From a virus (lineage: Duplodnaviria > Caudoviricetes), in the IMG/VR virus record IMGVR_UViG_3300020045_007912, positions 1-47,522 of that record: a DNA stretch of 47,522 nucleotides; one strand, given 5' to 3'. Of the stretch, positions 1 to 8,651 are shown one piece after another. Below the pieces are notes generated by a model. It was not told where the DNA came from. It ran no database searches and worked only from the letters and a program-made list of their open reading frames with translations. The translations under genes and the position numbers were made by a program. Positions within the stretch are counted from its first letter, which is position 1. The number at the start of each line of letters is the position of its first letter.

Positions 1-2
1 CT

Positions 3-737
3 GGTCAAACATGGCGGGTTGTTATAGCGGGGGGTATTGTTACATCTATTACTCCGGCTACGGCAGCAACGGGCGGTAGTGGCTACACGGTAGGGTCTAC
101 GTTTAGTGTGGCTACCATAACTGGCGGGGTGTTTACGGTTGCCACGTTGGGTTATACAGGAGTAAGGATGATACCTTTGCGTATCTCTAACGGGCCTATT
201 GAGTTCCAAGGTACAGGTACGCCTAATAATACGCAAAACGGTGACGTTTGGCACGCTAACGATAACACAGGGCATAAGTTCAGATCTAATGGCGTAACTT
301 ATTCGATAGGGTCTACTACAACTTTAGGCAACACGACAGCCTCTCGGTATAACCTTACTGGTTCAACAAGCGGTATCATATCGTTTTTATCACAGGCTGC
401 TGCGGGTACATATAACTTCAACATGCCGATAACGGCAGGTACGGCTGGGCAGGTGCTAACATCACAGGGTGGCGGTGCGAATGTGATGACGTGGAGCGAT
501 ATGGCTCGTTTCGGCACTATAACACTTGTTGCTGGAGTTGGAACCGCTACTGTAACTGGAGTAACCACAGGTAGTTTTGCCACAACAGGTTTTGTGAGCA
601 TAGGGGGAACTGTAACAACAACGTGGCAATATAAAGTCGTTTGCACTACTAATACAGTAACGATAACAGCCATAACAAACACAGGAACTACTAACACAGG
701 CGATACATCAGTACTCAATTACAGCGTAAAATTATAA
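3..737 (+). CDS. Tail fibre/tailspike C-terminal part, allele A (5' truncated by window edge)
   Basis: Open from position 3. Same protein sequence as 41402-44212 up to ...YSIGSTT, then a different Thr/Gly-rich tip containing GTAGQVLTSQG. Confidence 0.9.
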   Translation, partial: GQTWRVVIAGGIVTSITPATAATGGSGYTVGSTFSVATITGGVFTVATLGYTGVRMIPLRISNGPIEFQGTGTPNNTQNGDVWHANDNTGHKFRSNGVTYSIGSTTTLGNTTASRYNLTGSTSGIISFLSQAAAGTYNFNMPITAGTAGQVLTSQGGGANVMTWSDMARFGTITLVAGVGTATVTGVTTGSFATTGFVSIGGTVTTTWQYKVVCTTNTVTITAITNTGTTNTGDTSVLNYSVKL

Positions 738-1195
738 TGACAATACCTATATCTTTAATATCTCTTGAAACACTTAGCGACCTAAGGGTTCAGCCGCCAC
801 AATCCAAACAAATGATACAGTTATTGGGGCTAAACACCGTAACTGACGGCAATGGTGGAACGTATTTATGGAACGATACAAGCACCGCTACAGACGACGG
901 TTTTTTAGTTGTACAAGTTACGGGCGTAACTACTGGCAGGTGGTTAAGGTTAGGTAACGGCAATACCAATAAGGGCACATCAACCTTTAATGGTACGGGG
1001 TTTGTATCTGCATTTACTGTAACACATGGTTTAGGGTTTACTCCTGCGCAAGTTTACGTACAGGCAAGAACGGCTAATGCCGCGGCAAATTGGGTGACAA
1101 GTATTACATCAACACAGTTCACTGTAAACTTTTCTACGATACCACTATTAGGGACTGGGAATATAGTTTTCGACTGGCTACTTATCAAGCAATAA
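737..1195 (+). CDS. Tail-fibre partner / small receptor-binding protein, allele A
   Basis: Motif LLG...DGNGGTYLW..TSTATDDG...GRWLR resembles tailspike N-terminal domains. C-terminal FTVTHGLGFTP beta domain. Coupled to the fibre stop (TAATG). Confidence 0.7.
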   Translation: MTIPISLISLETLSDLRVQPPQSKQMIQLLGLNTVTDGNGGTYLWNDTSTATDDGFLVVQVTGVTTGRWLRLGNGNTNKGTSTFNGTGFVSAFTVTHGLGFTPAQVYVQARTANAAANWVTSITSTQFTVNFSTIPLLGTGNIVFDWLLIKQ

Positions 1196-1212
1196 TTTAA
1201 CAAACTATAACT

Positions 1213-1374
1213 ATGGAAGCGATCAAGGTAACAAAGGAGACGAGTGACAAAGTATCGGCTGCAATTGCGAGCGGCACGCCGATAGAGGGGATGACCCCAA
1301 AAGAAAAATGCGAACTGGAGCACAATATGGAATGCGGGGTTTGTTTAGATACAGGAGAGTTCGTGCCATGTTAA
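1213..1374 (+). CDS. 53-aa peptide with 4 C-terminal Cys (not in ORF track)
   Basis: MEAIKVTKETSDKVSAAIASGTPIEGMTPKEKCELEHNMECGVCLDTGEFVPC. Start context ACTATAACTATGGAA is shared with allele B. Overlaps the ATG of the next gene. Confidence 0.75.
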   Translation: MEAIKVTKETSDKVSAAIASGTPIEGMTPKEKCELEHNMECGVCLDTGEFVPC

Positions 1375-1706
1375 AAAGGAATAATGTAATAGGGCTGTTA
1401 TTTATAGCGGCCTTTATTGTTTGGTATAACCTTATGCAAGGCAAGCACGAGGACCCGCTATATTTTATTAAAGTGAACAATACAATGCTGATAACCTGCG
1501 CTATTTTATTTAGCCTTGTGTTGGATGGATTGACAGGTGTGTACTCAAAAATATTCGCCGGTTCTTTTGCGGTAGTTTATTCATATCCATTTTATAGTCC
1601 GGGTGTTCGGCATGAGTTAGTTCCGTGCATACCAATGTTTTTTAATTTGTGGGCAATTGCTATATTTGGGCTATTCATTTACCTCTTAGTTAAAAAGATA
1701 GCATGA
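1368..1706 (+). CDS. ~4-TM membrane protein, allele A
   Basis: Four hydrophobic segments. ATG 1368 (MLKRNNVIGLLF) preferred over 1308 because it overlaps the peptide stop. Confidence 0.8.
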   Translation: MLKRNNVIGLLFIAAFIVWYNLMQGKHEDPLYFIKVNNTMLITCAILFSLVLDGLTGVYSKIFAGSFAVVYSYPFYSPGVRHELVPCIPMFFNLWAIAIFGLFIYLLVKKIA

Positions 1707-2323
1707 AAGTTGCACATAGTATTGGTATGCTGTTATTCATTTATGCCTGTATAATTTCTTGCGCAACGAGGAATGTAGTTATCAAGCCGACACCAAAAGA
1801 TATATTACCCGTATCTATGCCGGTCGTTGCTGCTTTAAAGCTAAAACAAGACACAATCCCGCCTAAGAAACAGATAGGTGCTAAAGAGTTTAATGCTCTT
1901 GTTAACGGTGCTTATAAATACAACTTTGATAATTTACTTGCCCCTAAGTTCGACCAGCTGCTGTTGGCGCACAAAGCCCAAACCGAGGCAAATAAAAGCC
2001 TTTCGGACTACATGGTTGAAACAAGGCGAAGGCTTGATAGTATTGTTAGAGAGCGTAACTTTTACAGGTCTAACGACGTAAAAGCGAGACAAGAGGCATT
2101 ATCATATCAAAAACAGGCAATCCAGTTCCAACAAGACATTATTAAACTCCAAAAAGACGCAACGGCGAAGAATGATAAGCAGATAGTTTATAATACGGGT
2201 ATGGCTATTGGGGGCCTCGTTGGCGTTATTGTTTTATTTGTTGCATATATATCACTATACGTTAGAGTTCGTTCAATCAACAAAAAGATAGACAGTATAA
2301 TCAATACCATGCCTAATGCCTAA
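1703..2323 (+). CDS. Lipoprotein with coiled coil and C-terminal TM; candidate unimolecular spanin
   Basis: Signal peptide with lipobox-like IISC, central helical Q/K-rich region, C-terminal hydrophobic helix, located in lysis region. Confidence 0.55.
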   Translation: MKVAHSIGMLLFIYACIISCATRNVVIKPTPKDILPVSMPVVAALKLKQDTIPPKKQIGAKEFNALVNGAYKYNFDNLLAPKFDQLLLAHKAQTEANKSLSDYMVETRRRLDSIVRERNFYRSNDVKARQEALSYQKQAIQFQQDIIKLQKDATAKNDKQIVYNTGMAIGGLVGVIVLFVAYISLYVRVRSINKKIDSIINTMPNA

Positions 2324-2637
2324 TGCAAAAAAATACACCACCTGCAAAGCCAAAGTTTGTCCAGGATATAACTTCGGGGCAAAAATTATTGGCCGGCATA
2401 TCAGGAAGTATGTTTGCAGGGGCATTAGCTACTTTAGTGCCGCTCGTTGAAAAACTATTTGCACCTGATTTCCTATATCACCTATCTGTATTAAGGGCTG
2501 CTATGGCTGCTATATCTTTGTTTTCAGCGGGCTGGGTTGGCATTCCTCAAATCATAAACCTGCTTAAATTTTTGACAGACCTAATGGAGTTTTATAAAAA
2601 GTTCACCGAGTTCAATAAGAAGGATAATAAAGAATGA
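2323..2637 (+). CDS. 2-TM membrane protein (holin-like)
   Basis: Two hydrophobic stretches and a charged C-terminus; lysis region. Confidence 0.55.
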   Translation: MQKNTPPAKPKFVQDITSGQKLLAGISGSMFAGALATLVPLVEKLFAPDFLYHLSVLRAAMAAISLFSAGWVGIPQIINLLKFLTDLMEFYKKFTEFNKKDNKE

Positions 2638-2730
2638 AAAGCTAAACCCTGTCCTGCTCCTTGTCGCTTTGATTCTCATCGGCATTGCTATCATTTGGTC
2701 TTGTGCAAGATTGGCTTCTTAAAGAATTAT

Positions 2731-2761
2731 TTGCATAAGTGAGGATTGGGTTGTATGTTTG
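2731..2761 (+). promoter_or_regulatory. Bacteroidota sigma-A type promoter of moron slot
   Basis: TTG (2731) and TATGTTTG (2754-2761) match the -33/-7 consensus. Identical at 45858-45888. Confidence 0.8.
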
Positions 2762-2804
2762 TGTGGTCGGCAATGGTGTCGGCGAATTAAAAGCTTAGCA
2801 GCAA

Positions 2805-3428
2805 ATGAAAATTATCAACTACCACGCAGGTCTTGGCGGCAATGCGCTTAATTGGGATGAAAAAGAACACGAGATAATCCACGTTGAAAACAATCCTAAA
2901 ATTGCGGGAGTATTGCAGCGCAACAAACCAAATCAACAAGTAATTATTGCAGACGCAAAAGATCACCTTTTAAAAAACTATGAATGGGCTGATTTTATAT
3001 GGATGTCGCCTCCATGCCAAACTCATTCTAAAATGAATAGAGCTACCAGGCACAAATCTTGTATTAGGTATATAGATGGACAACTATTTGAATTTATAAT
3101 TTTCTTGAAAACTCACTTTAAAGGTAAATGGCTTGTTGAGAATGTTGTGCCTTATTATGAAATTTTATTAAACCCAACAAGAATGGGTAGGCACTTATTC
3201 TGGAGTAACTTCGATTTAACTCCCATAAACATTCCTACGCCACCTGGGTTTATTAATTTAGCAACTGTTGAGGCAAAAAAAGTAATGATGGACTGGCTTG
3301 GTATACATTACGAGGAAAATATCTATTACGGGACAAATCATTGCCCTGTTCAGATATTGAGAAACTGTGTACATCCCATTACCGGGCTATCTATACTAAA
3401 TGATGCCATAAACAGTATTAGTTCGTAG
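2805..3428 (+). CDS. DNA (cytosine-5) methyltransferase, short phage type
   Basis: Motif I-like NYHAGLGG, catalytic SPPCQ, ENV motif, later RH motif. Confidence 0.9.
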   Translation: MKIINYHAGLGGNALNWDEKEHEIIHVENNPKIAGVLQRNKPNQQVIIADAKDHLLKNYEWADFIWMSPPCQTHSKMNRATRHKSCIRYIDGQLFEFIIFLKTHFKGKWLVENVVPYYEILLNPTRMGRHLFWSNFDLTPINIPTPPGFINLATVEAKKVMMDWLGIHYEENIYYGTNHCPVQILRNCVHPITGLSILNDAINSISS

Positions 3429-3455
3429 TTCCGCTAAGCTCTGCGGACTATACCG

Positions 3456-3484
3456 AGCCTCACCCCAACGGTGGGGCTTCTTTT
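3456..3484 (+). terminator. Intrinsic terminator of moron slot
   Basis: AGCCTCACC-ccaac-GGTGGGGCT followed by TCTTTT. Same at 46370-46398. Confidence 0.85.
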
Positions 3485-3512
3485 GTTATTTGACTTTTAT
3501 CTATTACCTTTG
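3483..3512 (+). promoter_or_regulatory. Endolysin promoter (probably leaderless transcript)
   Basis: TTG...TACCTTTG, 3 nt before ATG 3516. Same at 46523-46530. Confidence 0.7.
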
Positions 3513-3515
3513 GAT

Positions 3516-4001
3516 ATGATCACTCAATCACAACTACGGGAGCAATACGGAGAACCTAACAAACAAGGGAACGGTTATTTAAAGGCAATTAAGCTGCCGT
3601 ACCCGATGTATCTTAATTGGGAGAGCAAAACATACGTTAATTATATCCAATGCCATCACAAGGTCGCTAATAGCCTCGTTGCTATCTTTACGGATATATT
3701 AGCACATTACGGTATAGATGAAGTAAAACGACTGCAATTAGATGATTATGGTGGATGCTTTAACTACCGGCTCATGCGCGGGAGTAGCAGGACGCTATCG
3801 GTACACTCATGGGGTTGTGCTATTGATTTAGATCCCGACCGAAACTTACTGCACGAAACAAGTAAAACTGCAAGGTTCGCACGTCCTGAATACAAAGCAA
3901 TGATAGACATTTTCTATAAGCATGGTTGGGAGAGTTTAGGACGTGAAAAGAATTATGATTTTATGCATTTTCAGGTGAGCGCAAAATTAAACGAGAAGTA
4001 A
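3516..4001 (+). CDS. Endolysin, M15 family zinc peptidase (allele A)
   Basis: R...SVHSWGCAID (SxHxxGxAxD) and DxMHFQ motifs. Confidence 0.92.
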   Translation: MITQSQLREQYGEPNKQGNGYLKAIKLPYPMYLNWESKTYVNYIQCHHKVANSLVAIFTDILAHYGIDEVKRLQLDDYGGCFNYRLMRGSSRTLSVHSWGCAIDLDPDRNLLHETSKTARFARPEYKAMIDIFYKHGWESLGREKNYDFMHFQVSAKLNEK

Positions 4002-4005
4002 AGTT

Positions 4006-4296
4006 ATGAAAGCATTTTTCGACTACATCAAAGCATTCGCATTTAAGAACTTCTTTGCGTTCTGCCTGACTGGCGGGTTGCTTTACATTCTATTGGTATC
4101 ACCACAACTGCGCGATCTGACCATTGTACTGCTGACGCTCGTTGTTAAACACTACTTTGACAGCAATACAGGTTCTATGGCGAAGGATATTACTATCAGC
4201 AAGGCTTTAGACCAAGCTCAGCAATTACCTGCTGCAGGGGCTTCAAATCCGCCTATGGTGGGCAATGCCGATACTGTTAATGTGGGTAAACAATAA
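4006..4296 (+). CDS. Holin-like 2-TM protein (allele A)
   Basis: Two TM helices ending in HYFDS; directly after the endolysin. Confidence 0.7.
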   Translation: MKAFFDYIKAFAFKNFFAFCLTGGLLYILLVSPQLRDLTIVLLTLVVKHYFDSNTGSMAKDITISKALDQAQQLPAAGASNPPMVGNADTVNVGKQ

Positions 4297-4316
4297 AGCC
4301 CCTGTTACGGGGCTTG
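4297..4316. terminator. Hairpin between convergent genes
   Basis: AAGCCCC-tgttac-GGGGCTT. Repeated at 47315-47334. Confidence 0.7.
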
Positions 4317-5817
4317 GGGGTTAAAGTTCTTCTGCTATAACCTCTAACACTTCCTTTGTTTGCGCTCTGCTTAAATCCCTGTCATGTATAGCGTCACTTA
4401 CTATCGTAAGCAAATGTTCAAATCGGTCTTGCTCTCCCCATTCTTTGCTGACCTCCATTTCGGTAAAATAATTTTGCGGTGTTTTCATACTAATCTATTG
4501 TTTTTAAGTTTTCAATTTGCATATCGAAGCAATCTGGCGATACCTCAAGCACATGGGAACTTCTGCTATAAATAACGATGCCGATTCGCTTGCAACTATA
4601 CCTATGAACTCCACAGGTTTTGCAAACTTTCAATCCTGTAAATTCTGGCTTCATTCTTTCTGGTACGGGTTGTGTTTGGTAAGCGTGCCTCATTCTTTTT
4701 CTTTTTTTTATCGCCCCCTTTCTTTTGGTCGGGGGATGGGGTGGTTAATTGTTTCGTAAATCTTCTTGGGCTAAAAACTTTTGATAAGCCTCTAAGGATT
4801 TTACGAATCCGTCTTGGCAACAAAAAAGATGCGTTTGGCTTCCAACTTGTTGTACAAAACCCTCGCATTCGCAATCTTCTCCTTGAGTTTCGCAAACCTT
4901 AATCATTTTAATTTCCGGTAATTCCATCTTTCTTTTTTCGGCTATACCCGCCACGGTTTTTAAAGGGTTAAAGAATCCAGCCGCTGTCTAAAAATGAAGC
5001 ATAGCCGCTTAATAATACCGATACCGAACTTTCTGAACCGGGTGTTAGTTTTATCTCTAATATGGCTTGTTCGCCCAATGGCATTTTACTTCCCCATGAG
5101 GGGTCTACTTTTACTTTATCGCCAACTTCCCACGGCACACTAACGGTAACGTGACGCTTCCATTTAAATGATGTGGGCATCCTTACCTCCTTTCATCTTA
5201 AAATAAGCACCGCTAATTTGAGCCAGTATAACAATCCACTTCGGGACGACCTTCTCTAACACCACAAATGCCGCTAATGCTATCTCCGAGGCGATTATAG
5301 CCCACTTCGGTGTTGTAGCGTTGTCTTGTACGGTAATAGATAGATGCTCAACCAAAAAGCCAAGATCTCGAAATGGGATGCCTCGTCTTGCGCCTAATTC
5401 TAACAACCATGCTTGCAATTGGTCGGCGGTAATAATTCCTTCAAGGCGGTTTAGGATCTCGGTAATTATATCATTGCCGGATGCGCCTTTCATTTCTTTG
5501 ATGACCTGCGTTACTATAACGCTGATGTCGTAAATAGGTGTGTCTTTCATATCTGCGCGGAAAGGGTGGGTAGTTGGGTTGGGGTCATCTTCTACGGGTT
5601 GTTATAATGTATCGCTCTGTCGAAATAGACTGCTTTGGCTTATCTAAAAACTTAGCGTGGTCATTTACGCCTGTTAGGTAAGCGTTAAATGCGGCGCGTT
5701 GTTCTGTTTCTGTCTTATAGTGTAATTCCGCATAGGCTTTAGCGGCTTTCATAATTTGATCCTGATTCATCTTTTTCTCTTTTTTATGATAGCTCCACGC
5801 TATCGGTTAGGGGGTGG

Positions 5818-6132
5818 TTAAAGTGATTTACGCCATTGTTTATGGCCATTTGAATCAACTATGTAATTAACAAGTCCTGTTCTTTTTTGCATTTGAGAAA
5901 GCTGTTTACTTAGGTTTCCACTTTTTATTCCCAAGGTTTCAGAAAGAACCCATGTAGGCTTATGCGTTGAATCAAGTAGGTTCCATATATCCCACTGCTG
6001 CCCTTTAAATATCAATGGGTACAATCTACTCTTTGCCTGCTCTGCACAAATTCCCATTGCTGACATAACATCCTTAAAGTTGTAATCTCGATCACTGTGG
6101 GTATCAACTAATATCTGCATATGACTTTTCAT
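5818..6132 (-). CDS. Winged-HTH DNA-binding protein
   Basis: LSETLGIKSGNLSKQLSQM...GLV HTH pattern. Confidence 0.55.
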   Translation of the reverse strand: MKSHMQILVDTHSDRDYNFKDVMSAMGICAEQAKSRLYPLIFKGQQWDIWNLLDSTHKPTWVLSETLGIKSGNLSKQLSQMQKRTGLVNYIVDSNGHKQWRKSL

Positions 6133-6818
6133 CTTCTATTTGGTTTTAAGTGCTTTTTCTGCTTTTAATCTAACTCGGTCAAGTTCTTTTTGAGAGCATC
6201 CGATATAACAGTATTTTATGAAATCCTCCAACGCCTCCCTCAACACTAACCACTTTTTGCTGAGATTGTGTTTTTGTTCTTGCACTTCATCCAACGCCTC
6301 CATCAACGCCTTATTCTCGGCGGTTAGGCGGTCGATGGTTGGTTGTGCGTATTGGTAGCCAAACTCTGCCCCGTTAATAAAAACTTGATCCTCGTTTGAC
6401 ATGTGAGGCTCGTAGGATACACCGCAATAAACCAATGCGGCATCCCTAACCGTCTCCGCCTCTCCCGCTTTCTCCATCGCCTCCACATCCTTACGATCAA
6501 CACACATGGTCTCTATGAGGTCGGGGGTGGTATCGGCAGCGGTGGTGGTGTGGTGGCGGTAGATTGCCTCTTTATACCCGCCTTTATCTTTGCGAATTAA
6601 CCAATCTTGCTCCTCCCCAAACTCACTCCCCGGCCACGTCCCGTCCCTAGCGTTGGTGGCGAAGGTGTAAGAGGCGAAGTTTCTATTATGTAACTCTGCT
6701 GCCGATTTTCTCAATAGCATATTGGTGATATTTTCCTTTTTAGGTTTTCCTTCATACGGATTTACCACACTCCCAACCCCACCCTCAACGAGGATCTGTT
6801 GGTCTTTAATGTTTTTGC

Positions 6819-7085
6819 TCATTTGGTTTTGCGTTGTTGTGCCCTGCGTTGTTTGCGGCTTATGGGCTGGTTAAAAACTGTTGGGTATTCAAGTTGGGGT
6901 TGCGGGATAATAGGCATCGGAATTTCGGGCCGTTCGTATTGTCGATGCAGTTCTGACATTTCAGTTTCAGTAACAATTTCTACCTCTACGCCCATATCCA
7001 TTAGCTTATGTGCGATTGCGGCTGAAAGTGCGCTTTTGCCGTGGTCAACATGCCCGATAATGGCTATTTTTCTTAAATCTTTCAT
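6819..7085 (-). CDS. 88-aa protein with EF-Tu-like G1/P-loop only
   Basis: KIAIIGHVDHGKSAL; G3/G4 motifs absent. Confidence 0.75.
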   Translation of the reverse strand: MKDLRKIAIIGHVDHGKSALSAAIAHKLMDMGVEVEIVTETEMSELHRQYERPEIPMPIIPQPQLEYPTVFNQPISRKQRRAQQRKTK

Positions 7086-7162
7086 CTTACTCTCTTTCTA
7101 AAAGTTAATCCCCGCCGCCGACATTCCGAACATCAGCAGGCAGATAATGGGGAGGGTGTGTT

Positions 7163-7432
7163 TCATTTAGATGTAGCTTTAGTTGATGAACTGCCCAAAC
7201 TTCCCACACCTAATAAAAACCCAAATGTGTACCATCCGCCATTGTTATTAACATCCCATACCTCTACACTATCGTTAAACAGGCTTATGACAAATGCTAT
7301 AGGGCTAATAAATCCGTGCCATAAACCTCTCCAAAACCCAACAGGGTCATTTAGGTATAAGTCGTGGTGCTTAGCGGCGCAACTCGCAAGTAGCATAATG
7401 GCTACGATCAGCGCAGGTGTTATTCTTTTCAT
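7163..7432 (-). CDS. Lipoprotein/membrane protein (GFWxGLWHG-type)
   Basis: Lipobox LASC; GFWRGLWHGFISP...NNGGWYTFGFLLG. Confidence 0.7.
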   Translation of the reverse strand: MKRITPALIVAIMLLASCAAKHHDLYLNDPVGFWRGLWHGFISPIAFVISLFNDSVEVWDVNNNGGWYTFGFLLGVGSLGSSSTKATSK

Positions 7433-7707
7433 ATCTCTTTTCTGTTTTACGCCTTGTGTGGCTTTAAAGGGTTAATAATCTGTATCCTCTAGGTCATCGG
7501 CCAATTGGATGCCAATCTTATTTAGCGTAATTTCAAGTTCGTCATATTCTTGATTGTTGTGCCAATCAAAAAGAGCATCATGCTCTCTCCTTAATTCGTT
7601 ATTCTTTTTTTCTAATTGAACATACATTATCAATAGCGATATGTAGCAAGTAAGCAATGTTCCTATTAAAATAACTATGCTAACAATAAGCACAATAAGA
7701 GTAGTTC

Positions 7708-8241
7708 TCATACCTTTTTCTCTCCTTGTTCTAACGGGGGTGCGGGAAGGGGCATCCAATGAGTATTATCATAGTTTGGATTAAATTGCAAACCATCAAT
7801 ACCCTCGTAAACTTCCGCAATTGAGTGTTTGCCACGGCTCATGGCTAAGTACAAACCAGCTTGCGTTGGTATTTCATCCTCCACACTCACCCACCTATCA
7901 GCCAAAGCCGACTGGACTTGTTGGGCGGCTACAAGTGCTTTTTGTTTCTTTTTGTCGCGGTACAGAAGCGTTTTAATGTAGCTTTCAGCATCAATTATTT
8001 GCTGTCTCAAACTTCTTGAGCTATCAGAAAGTATTTCCTGCCATGCGCAATCCTCGCCTATTTCTTTCAGTCTGTATTGGTCGGTGAATTCCGGTTGGAC
8101 TTGTTGTTCCGAAAACTTCTTAATCAGTTCAGCACCTTTGGCGATACTTGCTTCGCTTTGGTTATTTGTAACGGGCAGGTACAAGATATGCTTTGCTGTC
8201 TCTTCCGCCGTCCTGCTTTCTTGGGGTGTTTGTGGGGTCAT
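7708..8241 (-). CDS. DUF551-like phage protein
   Basis: C-terminal WVSVEDEIP...THWMPLP. ATG 8241 preferred. Confidence 0.7.
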   Translation of the reverse strand: MTPQTPQESRTAEETAKHILYLPVTNNQSEASIAKGAELIKKFSEQQVQPEFTDQYRLKEIGEDCAWQEILSDSSRSLRQQIIDAESYIKTLLYRDKKKQKALVAAQQVQSALADRWVSVEDEIPTQAGLYLAMSRGKHSIAEVYEGIDGLQFNPNYDNTHWMPLPAPPLEQGEKKV

Positions 8242-8242
8242 G

Positions 8243-8650
8243 TTAGTTGTGGTTAAGTGGTTTAAGTACTGCCCATCCTTTCTCAACCGCACTCTCGTCA
8301 AGGCAGATCGAGCGGGAGATGAGGTAACGATAATTTATCGCATCCATTCTATCAAGGTCTTCTGAAATAAAGTAAATATCTGATTTACCTGCTTGTATCA
8401 GTTTTTCTTTTGAGATGGAACTTATGTCCTGCTTGTTGAACGTATTAATCTTCGCTACTTCCACCAATTCCTCATCCGTCAGATCGCTGATAGGGCGGAG
8501 TTGGAGGTGTCCTTCAAATAAGGAAGTTTTATCAAGTCCTATCAGTGATGGATATAGTATCATTGGCGTATCATACCATTGTCTCATGTAAACTTCTTGA
8601 TGTAGATACCGGGCGAAAAACACGCTCTTTTCTTTCTGTTCCTTGTTCAT
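8243..8650 (-). CDS. Hypothetical phage protein (related to 11675-12163)
   Basis: LRPISDL motif, compare FRPMSD in 11675-12163. Confidence 0.6.
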   Translation of the reverse strand: MNKEQKEKSVFFARYLHQEVYMRQWYDTPMILYPSLIGLDKTSLFEGHLQLRPISDLTDEELVEVAKINTFNKQDISSISKEKLIQAGKSDIYFISEDLDRMDAINYRYLISRSICLDESAVEKGWAVLKPLNHN

Positions 8651-8651
8651 G

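Larger units (their letters stand above)
1..4320. repeat. Allele A of tail-tip/lysis locus; imperfect mosaic direct repeat of 43470-47337
   Basis: 1-121 is identical to 43470-43590 (first mismatch 122/43591). Similarity continues to ~320/43790, resumes at short linkers (1196-1218, 2725-2792, 3455-3487), then runs over endolysin, holin and terminator. Confidence 0.97.

Noticed and set aside
1-330. Diversity-generating retroelement (TR/VR pair) in tail fibre
   Set aside because: No reverse transcriptase gene. Differences are synonymous and not adenine-specific, and lie upstream of the tip.
2805-3428. Restriction-modification system
   Set aside because: No adjacent endonuclease; orphan MTase in a single-gene transcription unit.
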